From assembly GCA_000165345.1 (NCBI GenBank), contig CM000434.1, positions 832,001 to 896,000 of the forward strand: a DNA stretch of 64,000 nucleotides, written 5' to 3'. Below the pieces are notes generated by a model. It was not told the origin of the DNA. It saw only the letters and a list, made by a program, of their open reading frames with translations, and made no database searches. Of the stretch, positions 33,773-43,901 are shown in pieces; within the stretch, counting starts at the first letter, position 1, and each line of letters opens with the position of its first letter. The position numbers and the translations under genes were made by a program.

Positions 33773-34095
33773 TTAATCAAAGAAATTACAATATCTCCTT
33801 CAAAAATTGTCTAAGATGTTGCTTTTGTTCTCATTTGGGATGTTACCGCCAAATTCATTTTACTGCATTTTTGAATCTGTCAAATCAAAAATTAAAAATG
33901 ATTTTTAAAAAAAAAAATTATTGTAATTGTAATTGTACTGAGTTGAGAGCTTTCATACAAATAAATCGCTCAGATCAGCCATTTAACATTTATTTTACCG
34001 ATTCCATTGGAGCAAATATTGGATATTCATCCTTTTTAAATAAATATTTAATTTTGATTGCTTTCTTGAATAATTACATGCAAAAAATACGCATG

Positions 34096-34139
34096 TGGCG
34101 CCATTTGGTTTGAGCGCCATGTCTCGTTTTTGAGACGCC
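34096..34139. promoter_or_regulatory. TGGCGCCA plus GAGCGCCATGTCTCG-TTTTT-GAGACG hairpin element upstream of eS30
   Basis: catgtggcgccatttggtttgagcgccatgtctcgtttttgagacgcc. The inverted repeat is gtctc(g)ttttt(g)agac. Confidence 0.45.
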
Positions 34140-34383
34140 TTTAAGTATAGGTATTAAAAAGGAATAAATTTTGTCAATAATAGTATAGAAAACATTTAAA
34201 AATAATTGGATAGAAGGTTTAAATATTAATTTAAATAGTAAATAAAAGCTAATACTAATACGTATATTTGGAAATTAATAATAATAAAGTTTATAATAGT
34301 CCCTGCCAGAAGGGTTGAATTTCTTCCAATTGTTAAAGTTTATTTCATTAGTCGATAAATCTTATTTTAATAAATTCTGAAAT

Positions 34384-34560
34384 ATGGCTAAAGCACACGG
34401 TTCATTAGCTCGTGCAGGTAAAGTAAAGAATCAAACTCCACGTGTTGAGAAACAGGAGAAAAAGAAGGCTTTGACTGGAAGAGCCAAGAAGAGACAACAA
34501 TATAACAGAAGATTCGTCAGTGTTGTTGCTGGACGCAGAAAATGCAATCCACAATCATAA
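34384..34560 (+). CDS. RPS30: 40S ribosomal protein eS30 (58 aa, no ubiquitin-like fusion)
   Basis: [58 protein letters not shown] closely matches eS30 ([19 protein letters not shown]...GRAKRR.QYNRRF). It is too short for the ORF track. Confidence 0.85.
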   Translation: MAKAHGSLARAGKVKNQTPRVEKQEKKKALTGRAKKRQQYNRRFVSVVAGRRKCNPQS

Positions 34561-35222
34561 GATTCTGGTTTGTGGCCATTTTATAGCCTTTATTAGTATA
34601 TTAATGTGACTCTTTTTACCAAGAGATATTGGAATTGGAAAGAAATCTAGGAACAACATTATATTCCTGTGTAACTATTTTCTTTGAATGACTGCATAGA
34701 GATATGAAGTGGGTACTAACATTCTGGTTTTATCGGACTGCCGTTTCTTCTAACTTTCCTTTAATTCTTTGAATCAATATCACTTATACGAGAGTTGTTT
34801 GGATCTTGGTTCATATTATTTGCAACTGAATACAAACAGCACGGACAATTTAGGTATACAATTGAAGTAGATTAGAAATTATTCTATAATTTTAATCTGA
34901 ACTTTATTAATTTTGACTATGTTATATAGTTTCATATATTAGGCATTTATGTCTGATTACTCAGCTTTTTTTTATGCTCTCTGAAGGGTGAACTAAGAAG
35001 TTCAGAGTATATGGTTTACAGATTAATTCGTTTTCGATGTTTGCATTACTAGTACTACTATAGTGTAAAAGAGGAGTTTCTCAGGAATATGAATCAAAAA
35101 TTTATTAAATATGAAAAAAAACATGAATATTAAGATCATTCTTTTTAGGTGATTTAATAATTTCGATTTAACGAAAACTTTAAACGAGAAAAAAAACGCA
35201 GGCCTCTCGCAAATATTAAAGA

Positions 35223-35294
35223 GGGGTTATCCGGGAATCGAACCCGGGACCTCATGTACCCGAAACATGAATCATACCACTAGACTAACAACCC
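35223..35294 (-). tRNA. tRNA-Pro (anticodon CGG)
   Basis: The reverse complement gggttgttagtctagtggtatgattcatgtttcgggtacatgaggtcccgggttcgattcccggataacccc folds as a cloverleaf. It is near-identical in its D and T arms to canonical eukaryotic tRNA-Pro, and the anticodon loop is ttCGGgt. Confidence 0.85.
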
Positions 35295-35365
35295 TAATGT
35301 ACACGCTGGTGTTTAAAATAAGTTAATTCATATAAAAATAAGGGATTAACAAATAGCTACTGGAA

Positions 35366-36318
35366 TTAATTCTTGCTAAGTTGATTGCATCTATCTAGTG
35401 ATGAGTAAAGACAATCTTGAAAAATTTTCCCAATTAGTCGATCCTCAAGTATATCAATTCCTGCTTGAGTAGAACCTCCGGGAGTAGATACTTTTGATTG
35501 AAAAACTTGTGGATCAATGGAAGACTCAAAAAGCAACTTGGAAGTGCCATACATCGTTTCTATGACAAGCTTTCTTGCAAGATCCTCAGGAATCCCAATT
35601 TTGATTCCAGATTGTATGAAATGATGAGCAATATTAGAAAAGTACCCAGGCCCACATCCACTAATGCTAGTACAATGCGAGAAGATATCTTCATTAATTT
35701 TATAAACTGTACCACATGAACTCAAGATTTCAATGATTTCATTTGAGTTATTTTGTTTATACTTAGTAAAGTGTGCGACAGGATTTTCATAATAAAGCCA
35801 TGTTCCCTGACAAATTGACAAGGTTAAATTTGGCATTACTCTTATGCAGTGTATTTCATTTGACTGAAATTCCTTTAATATATCACTAATAGTTTTTCCT
35901 GCACAAACTGAAATTAATACTTTGTCGCCTGACTTTAGATCACTTTCTATATTCAAATTATTTATTTCACTTAGAATTTGGCTCAAAATATGTGGTTTTA
36001 CGCATATAAATATTAATTCGGAATTACCAACTAAACTTTGAAAATTTTCTGATATATTAATTCCAGAGAATTCTCTCTTAAGTGATTCTAGCGAATTTTT
36101 ATTAGAATCAAATAAAAAAATTTGATCAGATTTTATTTTTTCGGACGATAAAAACCCTGATATAATTGCATTTGCAATATTTCCACACCCAATAAAACCT
36201 AAATATTGTTTTTAAATTATTATGATCAAAATTAAGAAAAATTAATTTTAATTGTAAACACTCCAACAGTATTATTAACCATTGCAATTCACATACCTAT
36301 TTTTCTCTCTGATATCAT
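35366..36318 (-). CDS. Pyrroline-5-carboxylate reductase, 2 exons: 36297-36318 and 35366-36198
   Basis: The track ORF (35366-35986) extends upstream in-frame to LGFIGCGNIANAII (Rossmann GxGxxA) with no ATG. A 22-nt first exon ATGATATCAGAGAGAAAAATAG, donor GTATGT and acceptor ATATTTAG (98-nt intron) give MISERKIGFIGCGNIANAII... The C-terminal VSTPGGSTQAGI motif is typical of P5CR. Confidence 0.75.
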
Positions 36319-36410
36319 CTCAAATCTTTGCTCAAATTAAAATTTATTCAGAAACAAAAGATGAAAGTATAATCATTAATGATTTTATTTTTTAAAAAAT
36401 TATAACGTAT

Positions 36411-36500
36411 TCCCGCCAAAATTCGTCAATTGCATGTAAGTCGTCCACAAAAATGCATGTAAATACCGGTTTATGAAAAAATGTGTATGACACGTGTATA
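36411..36500. promoter_or_regulatory. Motif module CCCGCCAAA ... TTGCATGTAAG ... ATGCATGTAAATACCGGTTT ... GACACGTGTAT
   Basis: Lies in the divergent promoter between the P5CR gene and the mucin gene. Confidence 0.45.
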
Positions 36501-36906
36501 TCAATTTTTTCAAAAAAAAATAGTGGGTATGACATCATAAATAGAAGCAGTTGCATGCGAAAGAAAAGTATTAAATTTTACATAAATTCGAGAGTTGTAT
36601 TATAATCATAATAAAAACAAAATAAAGATAGTAAATGTAAGGAAAGAATAAAAAGAAAGAATACAAAAAGAATATGATTAACAAAAAAAGTTAAAACTAA
36701 AGAATAAAGTTAAATATATTTGAGATTTACAGATATTTAATAACGTAATTATAAGTTAAATTGAAGATAGTATACATGGACATTAATAGGATTGAAATAA
36801 GATAGAAAAGTTAAAATACGAGAGAAAAAACTTAATATAAAGGGAACAAAAGCTAAGAGGCAATTAATATAGCAAAAGAAAAAGAAAATTCAATTAATTG
36901 TTTGAA

Positions 36907-39900
36907 ATGTTTACAGGGAGTGACTTGAAAAACTTAGTATTGAAAACTCTATTATTATTGCTACTGGAATACCTTATCATCAACTTTCCAGGAGTCTCAT
37001 CAATTGATGAAAAGGTTCAGGAAAGGAAAGATGATCCAGTAGCACATATGGACCCTGCCCCACCAATACTATTTAAGGAAATGAAAAGTCCAATTGTAGG
37101 AGTGGGTGATATTTGTTTTGGAAACAACTGTAACTATTACCAAGAAAGTAAAGAAAATAGTCCATCCAAAGACAGAGAAAGCTATCATTCAGTTGGTTCC
37201 AAAGTTACAAGGTATATATGTATATTATTATCAGAAAATACTTTTACTAGGGAAAAAGAGGCAGATTTGTTTTTTGAAAGATTAAATGAATATACAGAAA
37301 CTTCAGAATTGCCATTTTCATATGTTGAATTTTACGAGAAACTTGGAGTTTTTGTAATTGATGTTAGATCCAGTATTAAAGAGTATGAAGAACGCAGTAT
37401 ATTTCCCTTGGCTGAAGGTTTGAAACTTATCAAAAAGTTAGATATTTTAAACAAGGCTGACTGTACTAAAGATTCTCTTTTAAGTGAACAATCGGTATTT
37501 ACAAGTGGAAATGAAGATAAATCTACTGAGAATTACAGTAATAGCTATAAGTGGAATTGGAGCAGTATTCCTAATAATTTTGTAAATTTTAATCGAATCT
37601 TGAAATCCGAAGAGTCTCAAGGAAATATTACGAATAACAATCAAGGCACAGAATATTTAACAGATGAAGCAAAGCTATACAAAGAGTTGGATGGTTACTT
37701 TTTGAAAAAGTTCAATGAAGCATCTAATCTACTTAATAAACTAAATATGTTCTCTTCCCCATCCTCTTCATCATCAAATTTCAATAATCCTACTGTTTCA
37801 TCAACATCATTTTCCGGAGGGAGGCAATCTTCTCTTTGGAATGCACTCAACTTTTTATCCAGTTTCTCAAATAAGGAAGAAAAGTCTAGATCTACGCCAA
37901 TCCAGGAAATTGAAGATCCAATTTTTGGAAAAATGGACCCAACAGATGGTAATTCTAAATTAACAATATCTCCACTATACCTTCTTGGGATGAATCTCAA
38001 AGGAAAAAACATTACAGAGCTATCTCAAAAGTTCAAAAATCAAACATCTCCTATCGTTCCTGTAGATATGTCTAGAGAAGATATTAGCTTGGACAATGAT
38101 CTTGCAATGAATATAGCAACAGTAATCTTCAAAGGAATGAGTGATTCCGCTGCAAAGCTTCCACCTCCTTTTGGGAACCCTGCAGTCAAAAATGAGCAAA
38201 AGTTTCCAGAATATAATTACAAAAACCATATAAATTATCTTGAAACAAATGCAAATAATAACTATTATAATTCCCCATCAATCTCTAACTGGAGTTATAA
38301 ACCCATACCACAGGGTAACAATAATGTAATTGGTGGATATGAAAATGACCAAAGCCAACTCAATATTCAAAGTGATCACTTTAAAGGAGGAAGTTTTCAT
38401 CCAAGTTCAAGTAATAATGCTATCAATACAATTGATAATTCCATTATTGGATTTAATAGTGTTTCTCAAGTTAACTCAAATAGTAATTCTAATAAAGTAG
38501 GAGTTCATTCTCAATCTGGTTCTGGCTTAGCTCCAAATATTTTTGAATCAATAGATACATGGGGAAAACAGAGCTCAGCTTATCAATCAACTTCTTCTTC
38601 CGCCTCCCCTCCATCATATTATGCAACAAATGGTATTAAAACTATTAATCCAAATCAAGTGACTTCTAATGGAAAGAGTAATCCTGATTTAAAAGTACCA
38701 ACCATTAATTCTCCATCAACTTCAGAATGGATGAGAAAGACTATTTCAAAGCAAAATGAGGGTGGGATAAAGCAACCGTCATTTATTAACAGTCAAAATA
38801 ATCAAACAGAAATTAATAAATTTGCAAATAATATGAACCAAAATACCCCCCCAATTGTTAATTCAAATGGTAATCACTTTAATTCTCCATTTTCACAGCT
38901 TTCAAAGTTTTCTAACAATCCATTCCATGGAAATTCTGCCGGAACAACATTTGTCAAAATGAATGGTAGTGTTTTTGATGATGATAATGATATCACTTCT
39001 TTCCATCCTGAAGGATTTATCAATAAACTTCCAGAACATGTACAAAAGAATATGACTCAATCTCAAAGAGACAAAATTAACTTAATAAATGCATTTATTG
39101 GTACTGGATTTGATACAATTCTTCAGATGAATAATATAGATTCTAGTTCAAGTTATGGTAATCAGAATAATGATTTCTTTAGAAGTTCTCCTCCAAAAAG
39201 AAGATTATTTGAGATTGACTCTTCAACAAGAGGAAACAAAATGGTGATTGATGAAAACATGAAAGACCCGAATTTAAGTGATCAATCAAATAAAGAATAT
39301 GAAATGTATGCCAAATTGCTGAGTAATATTGATACGAACCAAGGTCAAGATACTGCAATGGCCTATGTGACAGGATGTGATTGTGATAGATTTCCTGAAG
39401 GAGTTGCATGTCCCATGGTGCTTTCAGGAGAAGCGAATATTGAATGTATTGGGTATAAAGTTTGGAATAGTGCAAGAAAAGGTGCTCCATTGAGTGAGAT
39501 AGCTTCAGCAATAGATTCTGCAATTACTTCTAAAGCAAGAAATATTATTTTGCCTTTAAAGTTTGATACAAAGACAATTGAAGAAAATCGAGCAGCTCCA
39601 AGAATTTTGAGGCACATCATGAGAAGAACTTCAAGAGAGAATGGAATACTATTTGCCTTACCAACAGGAAATAATGGTAAGCAGGAGTTGGATGGAAGCT
39701 TAGACTTTCCTTGCGACGATTTGACAGGAATGTACGCTTTTTGTGTGGGTTCAATTAACAACAAAAATGGAATGCCTTCGAGTTTTTCCAATGTTCCTCA
39801 GTTAAATAATGCAATCTATGCTAATGGTGAGGATGTTGAATCAATTGGAATAAATCAACAAAGACGATTATTTTCTGGTACCGGTATTGCTTTAGCTCAA

Positions 39901-42900
39901 TCAATTGGTGCTTTAAATATTATTCAAGGTATTACAAAGGATAAAACGAGCTCATTTGACCAGCTTGCTATCCTGTACAGTGCCCCTAAAAAACTTCCAT
40001 CAAGGAATTTTTTGGAGCAGCTTTTTGCAAACTCGAGTCCGATTACATTCAAGCCTCAACAGCAACAACAACAATTCCAGAAACAAAGCTCTAGGAACGA
40101 GACAGGTTCTTCAGATCCTGTTTTAATGTTTGGTATGGGATCTGGAAACAATACAAATGGTGCTTTAGGATCAGTATCTCATGAAAGGATCATGAATTCG
40201 AGTCTAATGAGTGGAAATAGAGACAATGATTTAGATGCAATAATGGCCAGGATTGAGAGCATTGAAAAAAGTCTTGCAAAGTCAGGTTTAGATGGTGGCA
40301 CCGTTTTCAAGGGAGAATTTCCAGTTGGTGGTCCATTTTCTTCACCTTCTGATTCCTCTACTTTCTCATCCTCTTCCACTACCACAACTACTACAACCAC
40401 CAGTCCAGTCAGCACTACAACTTCCAATGCTTCTACTCTAACCAATATAACCACAGAAATTCCTCAAATATTAAATTATACAAACATAAGTAGTTCCAGT
40501 ACATCCACTCCTTCTATTAGTCTCAACACTTCTACCCCTAACATCGTAACAACTCTTCCCTCTAACATCACAACAAACCCTCCTTCCAGCATCACGACAA
40601 ACCCTCCTTCCAGTATCAAAACAAACCCTCCTTCCAGCATCGTAACGACACCTTCCTCCAACATCGCAACAAATACTCCTTCCAATATCACTACTACCAC
40701 CACCACCAGTCCTTCCAGAACTCCCAGAGCCTCTAATCCTCCTCTTACGGAAAACAAAGAAGAAGAATATGGTCACTATAAGGAATCTAACTATAGTCCA
40801 GAAATAATAGGAGTTGTTCTAGATCCAAAGGAAGTAACTGAAGTCTCCAGATTAGTTCATTCCAGTAATGAACATTATAATGAGTACTATGATAGATATG
40901 GAAATCATGATACTGTTGATCACGAATATGAAAATGACGATGGGTACCGACAATACTATATTGATGGAAATGAAGACAAGAATCACAACTACGGCAATAC
41001 ATTTAATTCAGAGGAAAATATGTCAAGAAATCTTTGTTATGAAGAGGAAACCAGGTTTTACAGTCCCTTAGAAATGGCTATACCCGTAGATAATATTGAG
41101 CAGTGTATATTATCCTGTAGTAATACCCCAGACTGTAGATACTATTCGTATGGAGCATTCCTTAAAGGCCCTGGAAGCATTATTGGGACATGTATATTAA
41201 TGCCTGATAAACAAGGATCGGTAGCTTTACCAAACTTCCAATCTGGAGCTCTAGGATGCCCAGTTTCTGCTAGTATTGCTTATGCTCAGGCTATGGAAGA
41301 AAGACTAATACAAGGTATTAGTAATGCAAATGAAAATAGTCAAAAAAGTTCTTCTGCTCAAGTTAATAACAATTTAAACTCGGATTGGCCAGGCATACTT
41401 TCCACCTCTACTGTAGCAGTTAAAAGTATGAGTGGATTCTTATCTAGATTTCCTCTCAACGATATACTTCAAACAAGTATTTCCTTATATAATTCAGGAT
41501 TTCTCGATCAAAAAGGTGCTTTAAGACCAAGTGGAGCTTTTGAAAAGCAAAGTATATTACCCCCTCCTGGAGTTGGATCTCCACATGTAGTATGTACCCT
41601 ACAAGGTATGCAATGTTGTGTCCCACAGAAATCTGCTAAAGGATGGAGAAAAAAGCCACCAAGTTTTCTTAGAGTTGAAGATCCTTCATGCGAAGCTATT
41701 TATGTCTCAAAAACAGATATGTTCTGTGCAACCACATCATTATATGATAACCAGGATATCTCTTCATCAGGATATAATTCACTTGATGATTTTAGAAGCC
41801 AACCCTCATTTTCATCAAATTCTTATAGTACTAATCCAAAACCTTCAGGAAGCTGTGGAATGGTTATAATTGAAACAAGTGAGCATCTTATTTTTCAAAA
41901 CACTCTAAAAATGCCTTCTAAAGAGATGAATAATGCATTATGTGAATGTAAGCTGAATAAAAGAGATAAAAGCATACATGGATCTGGTACTTGGGAATAC
42001 TCAGTACAAGCAGTACAAGCTGCAATGAGTCGCAAAGTTGAAGGAGATCAACTTTCTTCTGGAGTTGCTCAAGCTTTAGCTTGGGTAGAAGCAGTTGGGA
42101 ATGATCCAAATCCAGCAGTGAATGGACTTGGTGAGCTTATTTCCCAAGTTGCTCAAAGACCAAATTCAGATGTTGAGTTAATTACTCAGATACCTGCAAT
42201 TAGTCAAAATGCTGTTTCTAATATGCTTTACAATCAACAACAACAACAGATTGAAGAGCAAGAACAAATTATTAAGAAACAACAATCTATTCAGCAATAC
42301 AATAATATGAGATATTTATTATCTCAAAATGAAACTGATACTAATAACGCTAACACTCAAAGTCAATCAGATCAATGTGTAACAAGTTGGCCAGAAAAAT
42401 GTCAAATTTGGAAATCTAAATGTGAGGATAACTTAATATATGGTTATAAAAATCCTCAATGCGTACCATTGACTATTTTAGAGAATGGATGTCCAATGAA
42501 ACAGGTTGGATTCAAGGTGAATCAAATAAATCCAGGAATTTTGAGCTTCAGTTTTAAACCTATGAGATTTTCAGATAATTCACCATTCAGAATTGCTTGT
42601 CAGTTTTCACTCATCAAATGTACTCTAGCAAATATTAAAAGCAAATGTAAATCAAATGGTACTAATAACTTTAAGAAACCAAAGAATTTGAACGGAGACG
42701 ATGAAAACAATGCAATTAATAACATTAGAAAACATTTAAATAATCATAAAAATCAAAATAATAATAAAAATAACAACTTATTTCACAGAAAAGACACTAA
42801 TGATAAAAGTAAAAATAATGAACTAAAACATTTATTCAAAATTCCAATGAACTATCTTCCGTATATTCCAAAAGATACAGGAGAAAGTGACGAGAAATCT

Positions 42901-43716
42901 GAGAATATTGTAGCAAAGTATATTAGAGTCCATTTTCCTCAAGCAGGAAACTTTTCAAATATGACAATGGTAAAACTATTAAACAAAGAGACTAAGAGAG
43001 AATTTGCAGCAAAAATGATTAATGAGGAGGAAATACCAAAAAACAATACTATTGAGGATGTATTAATTGACGAGAATTCAAATTTTGAGTATCTTGGTAA
43101 GGTAGAGATAGTTACTCAAGATGAAAATGATGAGGACTACTCAACTATTAAATATGAAAATACATCAATTATTTCTGATAGAATGGGAGTTGATATTGAA
43201 AATAAGGATGTTATTTTCAGTCATCTTATAAAGTCAAGCAACGAAAGTAAAATATACAAAGAACCTTTGCTTTTAGATAAATATCAACCAGATTTTACAG
43301 GTGAATCATTTCCTGAATTCAAGATGGAGAAAGTTGTAATTCCTAATGAAAAAAGTACTGAAAATGAAATATCTCAGAGTTTTAATAAAGATTACAACTC
43401 TGAATCAAAATTAGGAACAAACGAAAAAAAAGAAAATTGGAATAATCACCAAAATGAAAATGGAGATTTGGATGAATATGAAGACTTATACTACTATGGA
43501 TTTGAAAATGATTATGGAAGCAATCATAGCAAGAATCAAATTAGTGACTTTATTCCTTTCATTTCAACCAATAACAAGAAAAACAAATGGGAAGTTCAAA
43601 TAAACAAATCTTCTGGAGATAATAGAAATATACAATATAAAATAACCAAAAAGAATATTCTTTTATTTATATTTGCTTGTTATACTCCTATAATTCTCAT
43701 GTTTGGTTTTATTTAA
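36907..43716 (+). CDS. Giant secreted mucin-like glycoprotein (2270 aa) with PAN/apple domain, Thr/Ser-rich tandem repeats and hydrophobic C-terminus (GPI-anchor signal or TM)
   Basis: The track ORF starts on TTG at 36898; the first ATG at 36907 gives signal peptide MFTGSDLKNLVLKTLLLLLLEYLIINFPGVSS. Poly-Thr/Ser tracts (TTTTTTTSPVSTTTSNASTLTNITT..., NPPSSITT repeats) are present. The PAN/apple-like Cys pattern CILSCSNTPDCRYYSY...GTCILMP lies at about 41100-41210. Several Cys-rich modules lie downstream. The C-terminus is ILLFIFACYTPIILMFGFI. Confidence 0.8.
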   Translation: MFTGSDLKNLVLKTLLLLLLEYLIINFPGVSSIDEKVQERKDDPVAHMDPAPPILFKEMKSPIVGVGDICFGNNCNYYQESKENSPSKDRESYHSVGSKVTRYICILLSENTFTREKEADLFFERLNEYTETSELPFSYVEFYEKLGVFVIDVRSSIKEYEERSIFPLAEGLKLIKKLDILNKADCTKDSLLSEQSVFTSGNEDKSTENYSNSYKWNWSSIPNNFVNFNRILKSEESQGNITNNNQGTEYLTDEAKLYKELDGYFLKKFNEASNLLNKLNMFSSPSSSSSNFNNPTVSSTSFSGGRQSSLWNALNFLSSFSNKEEKSRSTPIQEIEDPIFGKMDPTDGNSKLTISPLYLLGMNLKGKNITELSQKFKNQTSPIVPVDMSREDISLDNDLAMNIATVIFKGMSDSAAKLPPPFGNPAVKNEQKFPEYNYKNHINYLETNANNNYYNSPSISNWSYKPIPQGNNNVIGGYENDQSQLNIQSDHFKGGSFHPSSSNNAINTIDNSIIGFNSVSQVNSNSNSNKVGVHSQSGSGLAPNIFESIDTWGKQSSAYQSTSSSASPPSYYATNGIKTINPNQVTSNGKSNPDLKVPTINSPSTSEWMRKTISKQNEGGIKQPSFINSQNNQTEINKFANNMNQNTPPIVNSNGNHFNSPFSQLSKFSNNPFHGNSAGTTFVKMNGSVFDDDNDITSFHPEGFINKLPEHVQKNMTQSQRDKINLINAFIGTGFDTILQMNNIDSSSSYGNQNNDFFRSSPPKRRLFEIDSSTRGNKMVIDENMKDPNLSDQSNKEYEMYAKLLSNIDTNQGQDTAMAYVTGCDCDRFPEGVACPMVLSGEANIECIGYKVWNSARKGAPLSEIASAIDSAITSKARNIILPLKFDTKTIEENRAAPRILRHIMRRTSRENGILFALPTGNNGKQELDGSLDFPCDDLTGMYAFCVGSINNKNGMPSSFSNVPQLNNAIYANGEDVESIGINQQRRLFSGTGIALAQSIGALNIIQGITKDKTSSFDQLAILYSAPKKLPSRNFLEQLFANSSPITFKPQQQQQQFQKQSSRNETGSSDPVLMFGMGSGNNTNGALGSVSHERIMNSSLMSGNRDNDLDAIMARIESIEKSLAKSGLDGGTVFKGEFPVGGPFSSPSDSSTFSSSSTTTTTTTTSPVSTTTSNASTLTNITTEIPQILNYTNISSSSTSTPSISLNTSTPNIVTTLPSNITTNPPSSITTNPPSSIKTNPPSSIVTTPSSNIATNTPSNITTTTTTSPSRTPRASNPPLTENKEEEYGHYKESNYSPEIIGVVLDPKEVTEVSRLVHSSNEHYNEYYDRYGNHDTVDHEYENDDGYRQYYIDGNEDKNHNYGNTFNSEENMSRNLCYEEETRFYSPLEMAIPVDNIEQCILSCSNTPDCRYYSYGAFLKGPGSIIGTCILMPDKQGSVALPNFQSGALGCPVSASIAYAQAMEERLIQGISNANENSQKSSSAQVNNNLNSDWPGILSTSTVAVKSMSGFLSRFPLNDILQTSISLYNSGFLDQKGALRPSGAFEKQSILPPPGVGSPHVVCTLQGMQCCVPQKSAKGWRKKPPSFLRVEDPSCEAIYVSKTDMFCATTSLYDNQDISSSGYNSLDDFRSQPSFSSNSYSTNPKPSGSCGMVIIETSEHLIFQNTLKMPSKEMNNALCECKLNKRDKSIHGSGTWEYSVQAVQAAMSRKVEGDQLSSGVAQALAWVEAVGNDPNPAVNGLGELISQVAQRPNSDVELITQIPAISQNAVSNMLYNQQQQQIEEQEQIIKKQQSIQQYNNMRYLLSQNETDTNNANTQSQSDQCVTSWPEKCQIWKSKCEDNLIYGYKNPQCVPLTILENGCPMKQVGFKVNQINPGILSFSFKPMRFSDNSPFRIACQFSLIKCTLANIKSKCKSNGTNNFKKPKNLNGDDENNAINNIRKHLNNHKNQNNNKNNNLFHRKDTNDKSKNNELKHLFKIPMNYLPYIPKDTGESDEKSENIVAKYIRVHFPQAGNFSNMTMVKLLNKETKREFAAKMINEEEIPKNNTIEDVLIDENSNFEYLGKVEIVTQDENDEDYSTIKYENTSIISDRMGVDIENKDVIFSHLIKSSNESKIYKEPLLLDKYQPDFTGESFPEFKMEKVVIPNEKSTENEISQSFNKDYNSESKLGTNEKKENWNNHQNENGDLDEYEDLYYYGFENDYGSNHSKNQISDFIPFISTNNKKNKWEVQINKSSGDNRNIQYKITKKNILLFIFACYTPIILMFGFI
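40549..40692 (+). repeat. In-frame 24-nt tandem repeat, about 6 copies (unit acaaaccctccttccagcatcacg, encoding TNPPSSI[T/K/V]), degenerating at both ends
   Basis: Three near-perfect copies at 40573-40644 are flanked by diverged copies. Confidence 0.8.
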
Positions 43717-43901
43717 GCATAGGAAAAACTACCCCACAGAATAATCATTCCAACTCTTCATGAATTACTTTGAAATAAAAAAAAAGATTTAAAAGGGAAC
43801 TAAGAAAAATTACAAAAATACCTAAGCAATAAAATTTGATTTCTTCCTCCTTCCCCCCATAAATCTAATATTAAAAATTTTTTAAAAAAAATATATAAAA
43901 A

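Noticed and set aside
33763-34113. ORF 33763-34113 (+), Cys-rich 116 aa
   Set aside because: It overlaps the start codon of the UBX gene and runs through the eS30/UBX divergent promoter with its E2F motifs. The composition is random and it is most likely non-coding.
39179-41071. Antisense and alt-frame ORFs within the mucin gene (39179-39523, 39363-39791, 40179-40454, 40471-40776, 40476-40757 Val/Gly-rich, 40787-41002, 40868-41071)
   Set aside because: The Val/Gly/Glu-rich translations are the reverse-complement reading of the Thr/Ser/Pro repeat codons. There are no start contexts or motif modules, and the sense strand carries an unbroken 6.8-kb ORF with signal peptide.
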